From Amphiscolops sp. MND2022 (Eukaryota): a stretch of DNA of 64,000 bases. Below are positions 38,382-50,135 of this stretch, in pieces. Positions within the stretch are counted from its first letter, which is position 1; the number at the start of each line of letters is the position of its first letter. The stretch spans positions 17,362,001 through 17,426,000 of the forward strand of contig OZ076409.1 in the NCBI GenBank assembly GCA_964187785.1. The letters are read 5' to 3'. The notes below the pieces were generated by a model. It was given only the letters and a program-made list of their open reading frames with translations. It did not search any database and had not been told where the DNA came from. The translations under genes and the position numbers were made by a program.

Positions 38382-38962
38382 CTTACAAATTCATTGATAG
38401 ACATATGTTTCGTCTGTCAGCACATCTCAAATTACCAAAAGAGAACATACTTTCCACTGACACAGGACTGGCTGGAGTTGACAAGATCTCCAGAACTATT
38501 GTTCTAGTTCCTTTCCCCAGGAGAATGTCCTTTCATACTTTTCCTTTCTACTTTCGTGCCACAGCTAACGCCCAATAACTTTTGTACTCATTTTGGAAAC
38601 CAAAAAAATTGCTTCATCTCGTATAAATCGTGTACAGTGGAATCCGGCTGATATAATATTGAGGGGAGACATGAAAAAATCCAATAGAAGAATACTCTTT
38701 TTTAAAAACTTCGATTTTGACATGAAATAGGTTGTTATTGAAGTTTGTCGTTTGGACGTTAATGCTTTTCCCATCGATTTCTTCAATACATCTCAGCAAG
38801 TCCTAATCATTTTCGATCCATAGCTGTACAAACGGTCCGAAATTGTAAGAGCTTTCACGCAGTCCGTTGCGGTTGATGGTGCAATTGCATCAACCACGTC
38901 ATGATCTTTACCGTTTTCCAAATCTGGGATTTGTACATTTGGTATAAGAACTTCGCCTGCAG

Positions 38963-39107
38963 GTTCTCTTTGGTCTACTTGCCCTTGGTGGTCGGTCTGA
39001 TGTTGTGCTCAAAGTACTGGGACTGTTTCACCCTCTTCAAAGACGGCAGGGTGCTTGCTCTGAGACATCCAAAGACTTACCATTCTGCTGCAACAACTAA
39101 TCCTTAG
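38963..39107 (+). pseudogene. COX10: Duplicated COX10 terminal exon
   Basis: Identical by eye to 30235-30379. Keeps only 8 nt of intron (GCCTGCAG). Confidence 0.8.
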
Positions 39108-42100
39108 TTATCAATTGATAAAAATATATTTTGTGATAGCGGAAATCTTATCCTCGGTAATTTTATCATCTTGTCTCTACGTCCTTGTTAGAGAAGCAGA
39201 ATCTTAGGCTCAAGGATTGTTGAAAACTGAAATGATGATGGGAACGATCTGATGGTCTCAAAGCTTGACTCCAGTTGATTTTAATTTTCTTTCGCTTTTC
39301 CACTGTTCCACGTATTCTATAGCTTCAAGTACCCACATGAGAATAATTTGCCATTTGCATCCACGCTTTTACTGAATCTCAAAATAGTTTTCACATCTCG
39401 AAAAAAATTTTGTCTCACGGTACTAAAATTTCTATCGCTTTATTGTTGCCGTGAAATACTGTACCATGATTGCGTTGTAGAGTGTTTTTAATGGATGCAC
39501 CACAAAATGGCCGATTTTCAACATAACAAAATGCCGCTTTCTAAAGTGTAACAAAATGGCCAGTTTTGACAACGTAACAAAATGGCTGATTTTCAAATTT
39601 AGCAAATGTTATGCCTAAGAGTCAGCCATTTTGTGCAGTCTCCTTTCTAGCCGGCGCTTTTGGATTTTTTCAATATATACCATTAAGTGGAACGCGACTA
39701 TTATAGTGACTTTTTTCAATCCAAACGAACTGACCAAAATAGTTCTTGAAAGTTCTACGAAATTTCATGGACCCAAATTGAATCATTTCGCCTAGCAAAC
39801 TGAACCAAAAAAAGTTTTTCTTGTTTTTCCGCGTACCATACAATACCGAGAGAGACTAAAGGGTCCCCCTTTCAGTTTTTTTCGGCGTTGTGAGACTTTC
39901 TTTCGAAAAAAAATCCCCAAAAGGTCCCCCTTCAATTTTGTGATGTTTTGCGACTGAATGGATATTGAAAAATCCTAAAGGGTCCCCCTTTCAGTTTTTT
40001 GGCGGACATTTTTCGAAAAAAAAACGTTTCACCAAAGGGTTCCCTCTTCAATTTTTTGATGTTTTGCAACAATGCATGTAAAAAATCTGAAAGGATCCCC
40101 TTTTTGGCGCGCCAATTTGATCCAACTTTTGGGCTTTTCCGGGTACTGTAAAAGAATACTTGACACTTTGAAGTCCTTTTGCTATTTTGGAGCCTTAGGT
40201 ATGGCGCCGACTTATGCATGTCCCGACTTGTTTTCAACACTATCCGAAATTTTGACGTAATATAATAGAGCGCTAGTTTCTGACGTTATATGCGAACTTT
40301 ATTGCGTTTTACTAAAGAGGAGGTGGAGGTCGAAAACAGGAGTTTTTCATGAAAACGTCCAACTCATATTTAACAAGCCGGGAACGGCGCAATATGATTT
40401 TAGCTTGTTTCAAACGTGAATTTCTGCTATTTTGGACAATAATATCAAAAAATTAGGCAGGTTGTCTAGAACCCAATTGTATTTTTTACCAGAAACAATT
40501 TAAAAGAAATAATAATTAGTTTTCCTTGCGAAAACCTAACTACCAATCCTGATGGTATAAAACGAAGGTTTTTAGACAACTTGAGCCTGATATTTCTGAA
40601 AACGGTAATGTATGGCTTCAGTAGATCTGGAAGAAATGATTAAGTAAAAAAACTTGGCGAAAAACCTTTAGGTAAATCGATCGAAAACAAGAACAAGCCG
40701 GGAACGGCATAAGTCGGCGCCATATCTAAGGCTCAAAAATAGCAAATGACTACAAAGTGTCAAGTATTCTTTTTTACAGTACCCGAAAAACACAAAAGTT
40801 GGGCTGAATTGGCGCGCCAGGGGGACGCTTTGAGATTTTCAATTTTTCTGTCGCAAAACATCAACAAAATTGAAGGGAGCCCTCTGAAGTCAATGAATAT
40901 TTTCGAAAAGTCCCACAATGCCGAAAAAAACGTTTTCCTAGGTCTAAAATTGGTGGGCAAAGTGTTTCTCAGTCACAGTACTGTATTATATGAATTATTT
41001 TATGCAATATTATTGAAGTCTTTCACTTTGATTAAAGACTAATTTGTCAACTTCTAAAAATACAGCAAAAGCTGGAAAAAGTGCTTAAAAACTTCAAAAT
41101 GTTAGAACAGAACTGAAAGTATTTCGAACAAGTCAGAGACATATTACCTCCATCAATGAGTGGCATGTGCGTATCGGAACCTACATATATGCAGTTTAAA
41201 AATATTTTAGGAACAGTTTGTTACAGAAAAGTCCTTACAAAACCGAAACTCTGTTTGTTAGAACTTGGATTGCAATCAAAACATGAAACAAACAAATGAG
41301 CTATTTTTCATTCGTGGATGAATTAAACAAAATATGGCATTTGTAGTGGAATGAAAATAGGTTATTTGTTTTCTTCGTTTGGTGAACATACTTGAAATAT
41401 TTGCCTTGTTGTTTGCAGGAAAATGGGATTCGTTGGTTTCGTCTCTTTACATTGAAAAAACTCGAGTCTGCGCGGAATTCGAACATATCTACCCCTAGTA
41501 GCTCAAATGGCGTAGCAACGACATGAAGAAAATTATAAAATATTTTCAAGATCCGTCAGTTCGAGTGCTCTTAGAAACAGTAACGACTAGAATCTTCGTT
41601 TTTAGTCGGCGTTTTCGAAGAAAAAGCACGACTCTTACAGTGGCTAGATTTATTTCGTCAGTTCAACGTGATCGGTCCACGTTTTTGTTCAACTTCTTAA
41701 CCGAGAGGTTAACCCGGATATTCAAAGTTTTGAGCCTTAGATATAGCGCCGACTTTTGACGTTCCCGTCTTGTTGACTTTAGATATTATCCCCCCTCTAA
41801 GCTGTTTTAGTTACTTGACTATTTTAGTTACTAGTAACTAAAATAGTCAAGTAACTATAGGTGAGGTCGAAGAAACTATGAGGAGATTTGGCAGAATTTG
41901 GAAAAAAACGGAACATAGAATATGATTTTCCTCCCCCATTATATGTGGGCGGAAAATAATAATTTGAATGTGGATACAATCGTGATCAGCTATGATCTGT
42001 ACGTCCAAGCCTGTAAACACAGGAACGAAGCAGAGAAATGTGCCATTGCTGATCTAGAGGCTTGTTTCAGAAGCGGCCCAAAAAGGAAGGCCTAGTCATA

Positions 42101-42849
42101 CAACATAGTTTCAAAACCTGTTTTTACTTTGGACCGTAATTTCTTTTGAAGACCTTTTTTGAATTCCAATAGACAGTCTTGGGGCGTTATTTCCTTCTAC
42201 CCTCTTACGATATATGGAGCGTGCATTCAGCGTCAATCATGATGGTAAGCATGCCGGGAACGACACAAGTCGGTGCCATATCCAAGGCTCAAAAATAGCA
42301 AAAGGACTTCAAAGTATCAAGTATTCTCTTCTAAAGTACCCGCATGAGGAAAAAATTGGAAAAAAATCGTTTTTCAAAATTTTTGAGGTCCGGTAAGTCG
42401 CATAGCGCCGAAAAATGTAAAAGGGGACCTTGAAAAAGCCTAATTGCCCTCTATCTCAAGTGCCAGTAGAAGTAGTGTGACACTTAGTGTTAGTTTAAGT
42501 CAGCTCATAAAGCTTACAAAATCTGTCACTTCGCTGGTCTTAAAAAAAGAAAAAGTCACTACTATAGTCTGCGTTTTCTACGAAAAGCGCCGACTAAAAA
42601 CTGCGCTTTTTATGCCTTAGGTATAGCGCCGACTTTGGCCGTTCTCGGCTTGTTTAAATAATTGGATATATTAATAAATACTTGAAACGTGTACTGAAAA
42701 TCATGTATCGTGTTTTTGCTATATTTTTCCCCTGAGGATCGGTATGGTGTGCAAAAAATTATCGCGCACAGTTCCATGTATCGACTCTGGAAATCAAATT
42801 CTTGAAAATTCTTCAAATTCATGTACAAAACGCAATTTTAATCACTTAC

Positions 42850-45800
42850 TGTGGTATATATTCTGAATGAATGATTCATACATGATTGATTTTCACATAA
42901 TTTTGATTTGTAATTGACTGAATAAGTAACGAAGGTTTTCCCGCAGTCAAGAATATGAAATGGCGACAGAGATAAACTAAAACTAGTGAAACCAATGTCT
43001 GAAACTTTCAACCGACCTGCGCCCGAACCTTTTTTTACCTGATCCCGGGAAACCAAGAGTTCCGTGGAAGGACTGGATTCGCCTCTTCAATAATTACATG
43101 ACGGCTACAAACTACGCAGAGTTGGCTAGTAACAGAAAAAAAAGCTATTTTGCTCCATTTAATTGCACTTGAAGGTCAGACCGTTTGTTATTCTTTACGA
43201 GATGATACGCAAATAGCTAATAATACTTATGAACAAGTTTTACAATGCCTTGAAAATCATTTTGCTGATAAAGTCAACGTAGTTTCCGAGCGTTATTCAT
43301 TTGGGTGTCGTATTCAAAAGTCAGGTGAAAGTATTGATGAAGTTGTTGTTGCTTTACGACGACTTGCTCAAAAATGCGATTTTGGTGCTTTTCTGAATAC
43401 ATCTCTGCGAGATCAGTTAATCAAAGGAGTTAGAGAAATTCGCGTAAGAGATCGCTTACTTCAAGATAACCCTTCTCTGGAAGAATGTCTAAAAATTGCT
43501 AAACGAATCGAAGCGGGAATTGCTACATCTGTTTTACTCAAAAATACAAATTGCACTGACACTGCTCATAGTAATACTCACACTGTTCAGCGGTTCAATT
43601 CGAAATTCAGTCAACAAAAATCGAAATTTACTGCTAAAATTATCCATTCTTGTTTTCGTTGTGGATCCAAATTACATTTCGCTAACAGTAAAGATTGTCC
43701 GGCTGCGGACAAGAAATGCAAAAACTGCAACAAAACTGGTCATTTTGCAAAAGTGTGCCGTAGTGCTAGTTCAAATGTTGTTGTCACAAACACTCTGGGA
43801 GAAAATTCTTCTACACCCGTTACCCTTACTGTAAATAGTCCTTTCAATTCGATTTTTCCTGAATTCTTCAAATATTCCTTACAGTTGGACAACAAAAATG
43901 TTGTATTTGTCGTTGGCAGTGGTGCCAAGGCATCAATTATTTCTAAAGATACGTTCGACAAATTATTCCCAAACAAAAAGTGCATCAAAAACTATTCAAA
44001 AATTACTGGTTATGGTGGTTCTGCTATTGATGCTCATGGAATTTCTAACTTCGAAACCATGAGTGGTTCTTTGTCATTCAGACAAGACTTTTATGTAGCT
44101 CATGGCATTTCTTTGATTGGCCTCGATATTCTAGATAAACTGCATTTTGCAATATCGATAAACGATACACAATTGAATCGTGTACATACTTGCATACCAG
44201 AAACAAGTCCAGGAAGTATCCTCAAGCAGAAATTTCAAAAATTGTTTGACTCCGACACTCTAGGTCATGCAAAGAACTTTGTTTTGTCTTCAGCAATCGA
44301 TGCAACAATTACTCCCGTCATTTCGAAAGCTCGTCCTTTTCCTTTTGCAATGAAAGACCATGTCGAGAAGGAAGATAAAAAAAACTTTGTTCACTGGGTG
44401 TTCTTGAACCCTGTAACAATGCCGATATCGATTGGGCTAGTCCTCATGTTGTTTCATGGAGAAAAAATGGAAAAATTCGGCTTTGCTGTGACTTGCGAGA
44501 AGTAAACAAAGCGATAAAGAAAGATCTTTACCCCTTACCTAACATTGAGTCCACTATAAATTCGATAACTAATGCAAAAGTTTATTCAAAAATAGACTTA
44601 TCTAACGCTTACCATCAACTTCCAGTCGATTCAAAAACTCAACGTATGCTTGGTTTTAATTTACCCTGTGGACTATACGAATTTCTGAGAGCTCCATTTG
44701 GGTTACTGGACGTTCCTCCGAAGTTTCAAAAAATGATGGATATAATCCTAGCTGACTTAAAAGGTTGTTTCAGTTTTCTTGACGACATCATTGTTTATGG
44801 TTCTACAAAGGAAGAACATGATGAAAGATTAAATGCTGTAATGAATAGATTGCAATCCAATGGATTGGTAGCTAACTTTGACAAATGTGAGTTTGAGGAG
44901 AAAACGAACATTGAATGGCTAGGCCTCAAACTGGGTCTGAACGAATTTGCTATTCTTGAGAACAATTTGACTTCAATCGCTGAAATGAAAGTTCCTTACG
45001 ATAAACAATCCTTAGCTTCTGCTCTAGGTTTATTCAGTCACTATCGAAAATTTTTACCGAGTGATTATTCTTCAAAAGCTGCCGATTTCTATATACTACT
45101 TCATAAAAATGTTGCCTTCAAGTGGACAGAGGGTCTTACCGAACAGTTCAAATGCCTTCAAAAAATGTTACTTCGTGCTAAACCTTTGGCAATGTATAAT
45201 CCTCTAGCAGAAACGATTGTTACATGTGATGCTTCCAAAATTGGAATCGGTGGTGAATTATCACAGTTGCAAGATAATGGTGAATACAAAACAGTTTCAT
45301 TTTTCTCTCGTTCATTACAAGAATTTGGAAAAAAAATAGTGTTCCTGAATTGGAACTACTAGCTTGTATTTGTACTTGCGTGAGATTCGGAAGATTCCTG
45401 TGGGGTAAACACTTCACATTAAAGACTGACCATAAATCCTTACTGCAACTTATAAATGGTGAAACTGGGGACTGGTCTGCCAGGTTACTACACTATGATT
45501 TTACTGTAGTACACAAACCTGGAAAAAGTAATGCTGTGGCTGATGCGCTTTCACGATTACCAGTTGATTGTTCATTTACTGATGATGATTCGTATGTTGT
45601 AAATGCTCTTTTTGATAACTTGTCTGCTTTCACTGTTGATGAAGTTGACAATGTTTCCAAACAGGATCAAGTTTTGATCAAAGTGCACGATTTCATTATT
45701 AATGGTTGGCCACTAGACGAAATGTTATGGATGAAAAATTACTACCTTACTTTGCAGTTCGGAATGAACTTCATTGTTGGTCTAAATACAGTGTAGGTCG

Positions 45801-47113
45801 CGGTGCAGCCATTGTAATGCCTGGAAGTCTTTATTCGAAAGCTCTCCAACTAGCCCATGAAGATCATTTTGGAATTGTCCGTTCGAAACATCAGTTGCGG
45901 AGTTTTGCTTGGTGGCCAAAGTGTTCAGCTATGTTGGAACAGCTGGTTAAAAGTTGTTCAGCTTGTTGTGAGACCGATAAAGCATAAGTTGTTCGAGATG
46001 TTCCGCATGGGAAAATCATAACAGCAGATGAAAAGTTTACAACGATCAATATTGATTTTAGTGGTCCTTACAACGATGCGCCGAGTAACTTCAAGTATTT
46101 GCTTCTTGTTGTTGATGAATACTCGAGATGGCCTGAAGTTTATGCGCTTGATAACACGCACGCGAAACAAACAGTTATATCTTTAAAAGATTATTTTGCT
46201 CGTTTTGGGGTACCTGAGTTAATTCGCTGTGATGAAGGTTCTTCGTTTACCAGTTCGGAGTTCAAAACTTTTATCATTCATTAAGGTGCTGCCCTGAAGT
46301 ATAGCCCATTGTACTGCCCTCGCAGTAATGGTCTCGTTGAACGATTCAATCAAACCATACGAAATTTATTGCAAACCAATTTTGAAGATTCACGCAGCTG
46401 GTATGATACATTGAAATCTGTGTTACAAACTTATCGAAGTACAATTCATCCTGCATTGGGAAAATCTCCTTATGAAATGGTTTTCGGGAACAAAGTGAGA
46501 ACGAAGTGTACAGCGCTTTTGGCAAAACTTCCATCCAATAGTTTAAACAACTTAAACGTCTTCCCTGGTCTATCGGCGCAGAAACAAAATCATTTTAAAA
46601 AATTCGAAGTCGGTGGTTGGGTTCGAGTGAAAGATCCAATTCGACAAAAAGGGAAATTGCATTACAAGTTCTTCAAGCCGCAGAAAATTCTTAAACGAAC
46701 TAAAACTACTGTTACACTTGATGATGGGCGAACCTGGAGTTTATCCCAAGTTGCTCCTGCCTCAAATAAAAGAATAGAAGATCTCAACTATTTTGATGAT
46801 CTGGAGTTGTCTTCTTCCGATAATACGCGATCGGAAAATCATTCCTCCGATGTTCCAATGAGACGGTATCCTATCAGGAATACAACAAAAACAAATAAAT
46901 TTCAAGCGGGACAATGAATTATTAAAGTATAACCTAATATATTCATGCGTTTCTCTGTTATTCCTTGAAATCCTCCTACGACTTGTATTCAAAGAGGAGG
47001 GGATGTGGTATATATTCTGAATGAATGATTCATACATGATTGATTATCACATAATTTTCATTTGTAATTGACTGAATAAGTAACGAAAGTTTTCCCGCAG
47101 TCAAGTTATGAAA
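42850..47113 (+). mobile_element. Ty3/gypsy Mag-like LTR retrotransposon, copy 2 (made by the duplication)
   Basis: LTRs at 42850-42960 and 47004-47113, with the same CTTAC TSD, the same flanks and the same shared stops as copy 1. Confidence 0.95.
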
Positions 47114-47366
47114 CTTACAAATTCATTGATAGACATATGTTTCGTCTGTCAGCACATCTCAAATTACCAAAAGAGAACATACTTTCCACTGACACAGGAC
47201 TGGCCGGAGTTGACAAGATCTCCAGAACTATTGTTCTAGTTCCTTTCCCCAGGAGAATGTCCTTTCATACTTTTCCTTTCTACTTTCGTGCCACAGCTAA
47301 CGCCCAATAACTTTTGTACTCATTTTGGAAACCAAAAAAATTGCTTCATCTCGTATAAATCGTGTA

Positions 47367-48936
47367 CAGTGGAATCCGGTTGATATAATATTGAGGGGAG
47401 ACATGAAAAAATCCAATAGAAGAATACTCTTTTTTAAAAACTTCGATTTTGACATGAAATAGGTTGTTATTGAAGTTTGTCGTTTGGACGTTAATGCTTT
47501 TCCCATCGATTTCTTCAATACATCTCAGCAAGTCCTAATCATTTTCGATCCATAGCTGTACAAACGGTCCGAAATTGTAAGAGCTTTCACGCAGTCCGTT
47601 GCGGTTGATGGTGCAATTGCATCAACCACGTCATGATCTTTACCGTTTTCCAAATCTGGGATTTGTACATTTGGTATAAGAACTTCATCTACTGTAAATA
47701 CGACTTCATCGATGTCGAAGAATTCGTCCAAGTTGTATGTGTGACCTGATTTTTCACAGGAAACAAAGTTCGTGCTACTTCATTAGGTTGCTCCTCCAGT
47801 TTATTTTCTTCAACTGTTTTATCTTCGAATCCAACATGTCGAAAACAGATTTGAACCGCAGATGTTACTTTGCCACATGATCTTTGAAGTATAAAAAGTG
47901 CATCAATTAGAGTCTGTTTAAACTCGATGCATGAGTCGATGCCCATTATTTTCTTCTGACGAAGCAAGTTCCCATAGTGCACCTTTTAGTTTCTTATAAT
48001 TCCGGCATCCATGGGCTGGGAAACCGACGTTGTGTTAGGTGGAAGAAAAAACACTTTGGTATTGTTGAGTGACTCAATTATGTGACGAGCAGTTGTCCAG
48101 TATTAGAGCAACATTACGTCGTTTGGCTCGATTTTCTCTCGGAACGGATGACCCAATTCGCGAAAATGTCCGCTGTCATCGACGACTTCCTATTATACTT
48201 TCAAGTCAACGCAGGCAAACCCTGTTTATTCCATGTCGCAATATCCATCTCGATATCCAAGTTGCAGAATTTCCTCGACTAATCTTTCATGTTGAACAAG
48301 TTCATTGGGTTTCGCCAATGAAATTGGTCCGTTCACACATGTATTCAATGCACGCACATTTCTAAACCAAGTTAGCAACGCCTCGTTTATGTTCTCAGAC
48401 TTTGGATGACATTGGAGTTTCTTTCCCAGATTTGTTTCTCCAAAGAAATAATTTGTTTTGATTGCGTCCATATTTGACAGTAACTTGGACAGGATAGACT
48501 GTGCAACTTCAAGTTGTCGCATATCTCTTTTTGTTTCATTGAGTGATGCATTTCAACAAAGCGCGCAACTTCAAACTTCCTTGAAAGAGGCAAATATTCA
48601 CGTTTTCTACAGGCAATCAATTCATTGCAAATCTGAAACGTTAGTAAATTTGGTTAGTATTGTCAGTCTTTTCATGAAAGTACAGCCATTTATTGGCTGC
48701 GACAAATGAGTTTACGTGTTCAACTTTAATACAACAGCGTTAATATAATAGTTTCGCATGCCGTCATTGTTTTACTGAGTGCGGGACCGGTTTACGCAAT
48801 TCTACATATTAGACTGATTTTTCTTTCTAATCGTTGGAATTCTATTGCACTGAAAATAACGCGTGGCGAGATTGTGCAAAGTGCACTTTTTCAAATACTA
48901 GATTTAATTTAGAATTCTATTCGCCGGATTCCACTT
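47367..48936 (-). mobile_element. Decayed pogo/Tigger DNA transposon (truncated duplicate at 38635-38954)
   Basis: TA|CAGTGGAATCCGG..ATATAAT and ATTCTATTCGCCGGATTCCACT TIRs. Minus strand has an HTH (RKREYLPLSRKFEV), a CENP-B-like segment (NINEALLTWFRNVRA..VNGP) and the DDE motif FFLPPNTTSVSQPMDAGII. Confidence 0.9.
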
Positions 48937-49093
48937 TTTTAAGTGAACCGTGTTAACCGGTAGTTCGTGTAACGGGACAGGAAATTCGTGTATTTCGGTA
49001 CGGTACATGTACTGACGTCCATTCATTGCTTGAAACACTCGAAACGCGAAATTCTTGTGTGAATTTTTTTAACGTTTGCAATGAAGACTTAAA

Positions 49094-50135
49094 TTTTTTA
49101 TTAGGAGTCGGAAAAAAATTTTCGACTACTTATGCAATCGTGCTGTTTTTTTTGTTTTTTTTTCTCCCGACCTTTTCATGAAAATTTCAAATTTCTCAAA
49201 AACTGTCCATACGATTTTCACGAAATTTTGCACAGTCATTCTACACCCAAAGGGGCCCCTGCGTGTGCAAAGGCATCAAAATCGTATGGCCTGGATGTGA
49301 GAAACATAGCCAAAATTAGCCCAAAAATGGCCAAAAAACAGCCATTTTTCGACTTTTTTCGATTTTCTCAAAAACTGTCCATACGATTCGAACGAAATTT
49401 TCTACAGTTATTCTACACCATATTAGAGTCCTATATGTGCAATGGCATCAAAATCGTATGGCCTGGATGTGAGAAACATAGCCAAAATTAGCCCAAAAAT
49501 GGCCAAAAAACAGCCATTTTTCGACTTTTTTCGATTTTCTCAAAAACTGTCCATACGATTCGAACGAAATTTTCTACAGTTATTCTACACCATATTAGAG
49601 TCCTATATGTGCAATGGCATCAAAATCGTATGGCCTGGATGTGAGAAACATAGCCAAAATTAGCCCAAAAATGGCCAAAAAACAGCCATTTTTTGACTTT
49701 TTTCGATTTTCTTAAAAACTGTCCATACGATTCGAACGAAATTTTCTACAGTTATTCTACACCATATTAGAGTCCTATATGTGCAATTTCATTAAATTCG
49801 TATGGCTGGGATGTGAGAAACATAGCCAAATTTAGCCCAAAAATGGCCAAAAAACAGCCATTTTTCGACTTTTTTCGATTTTCTCAAAAACTGTCCATAC
49901 GATTCGAACGAAATTTTCTACAGTTATTCTACACCATATTAGAGTCCTATATGTGCAATTTCATTAAATTCGTATGGCTGGGATGTGAGAAACATAGCCA
50001 AATTTAGCCCAAAAATGGCCAAAAAAAACAGTCATTTTTCGATTTTCTCACAAACTGTTCATACGATTCGAACCAAAGCGAGTCAGAAGGAAAAAGACTT
50101 AAGCCGACTCCTTTACCGCATATGCGGCTCTGGTT
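49094..50135 (+). mobile_element. HINE/DINE-1-like family B with central tandem array
   Basis: T-run, subTIR AGGAGTCGG (49103) with adjacent fold-back, CCGACTCCT (50104), hairpin CCGCATATGCGG (50116-50127), end CTCTGGTT. Confidence 0.7.
49190..50072 (+). repeat. 172-bp tandem repeat, ~5 units
   Basis: GGCATCAAAATCGTATGG recurs at 49272, 49444 and 49616, followed by two variant units. Confidence 0.95.

Larger units (their letters stand above)
30227..38954 (+). repeat. Tandem segmental duplication, unit 1 (8728 bp)
   Basis: Near-identical to 38955-47686. Confidence 0.97.
38955..47686 (+). repeat. Tandem segmental duplication, unit 2 (8732 bp)
   Basis: Junction AGAACTTC|GCCTGCAG at 38954/38955. 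Confidence 0.97.
42689..49028. mobile_element. hAT-type MITE hosting the gypsy and Tigger insertions
   Basis: 8-bp TSD CTTGAAAC at 42681-42688 and 49029-49036. Right TIR GTCCATTCATTG is present and the left TIR is deleted. Homologous to 20699-21209. Confidence 0.75.

Noticed and set aside
38901..39107. Novel 68-aa chimeric gene
   Set aside because: Chance open frame across the duplication junction (antisense Tigger plus COX10 exon 5), with no promoter or expression evidence.
42850..47113. Independent second retrotransposition of an active element
   Set aside because: Same TSD, same flanks and shared inactivating lesions show it was copied by the tandem duplication.
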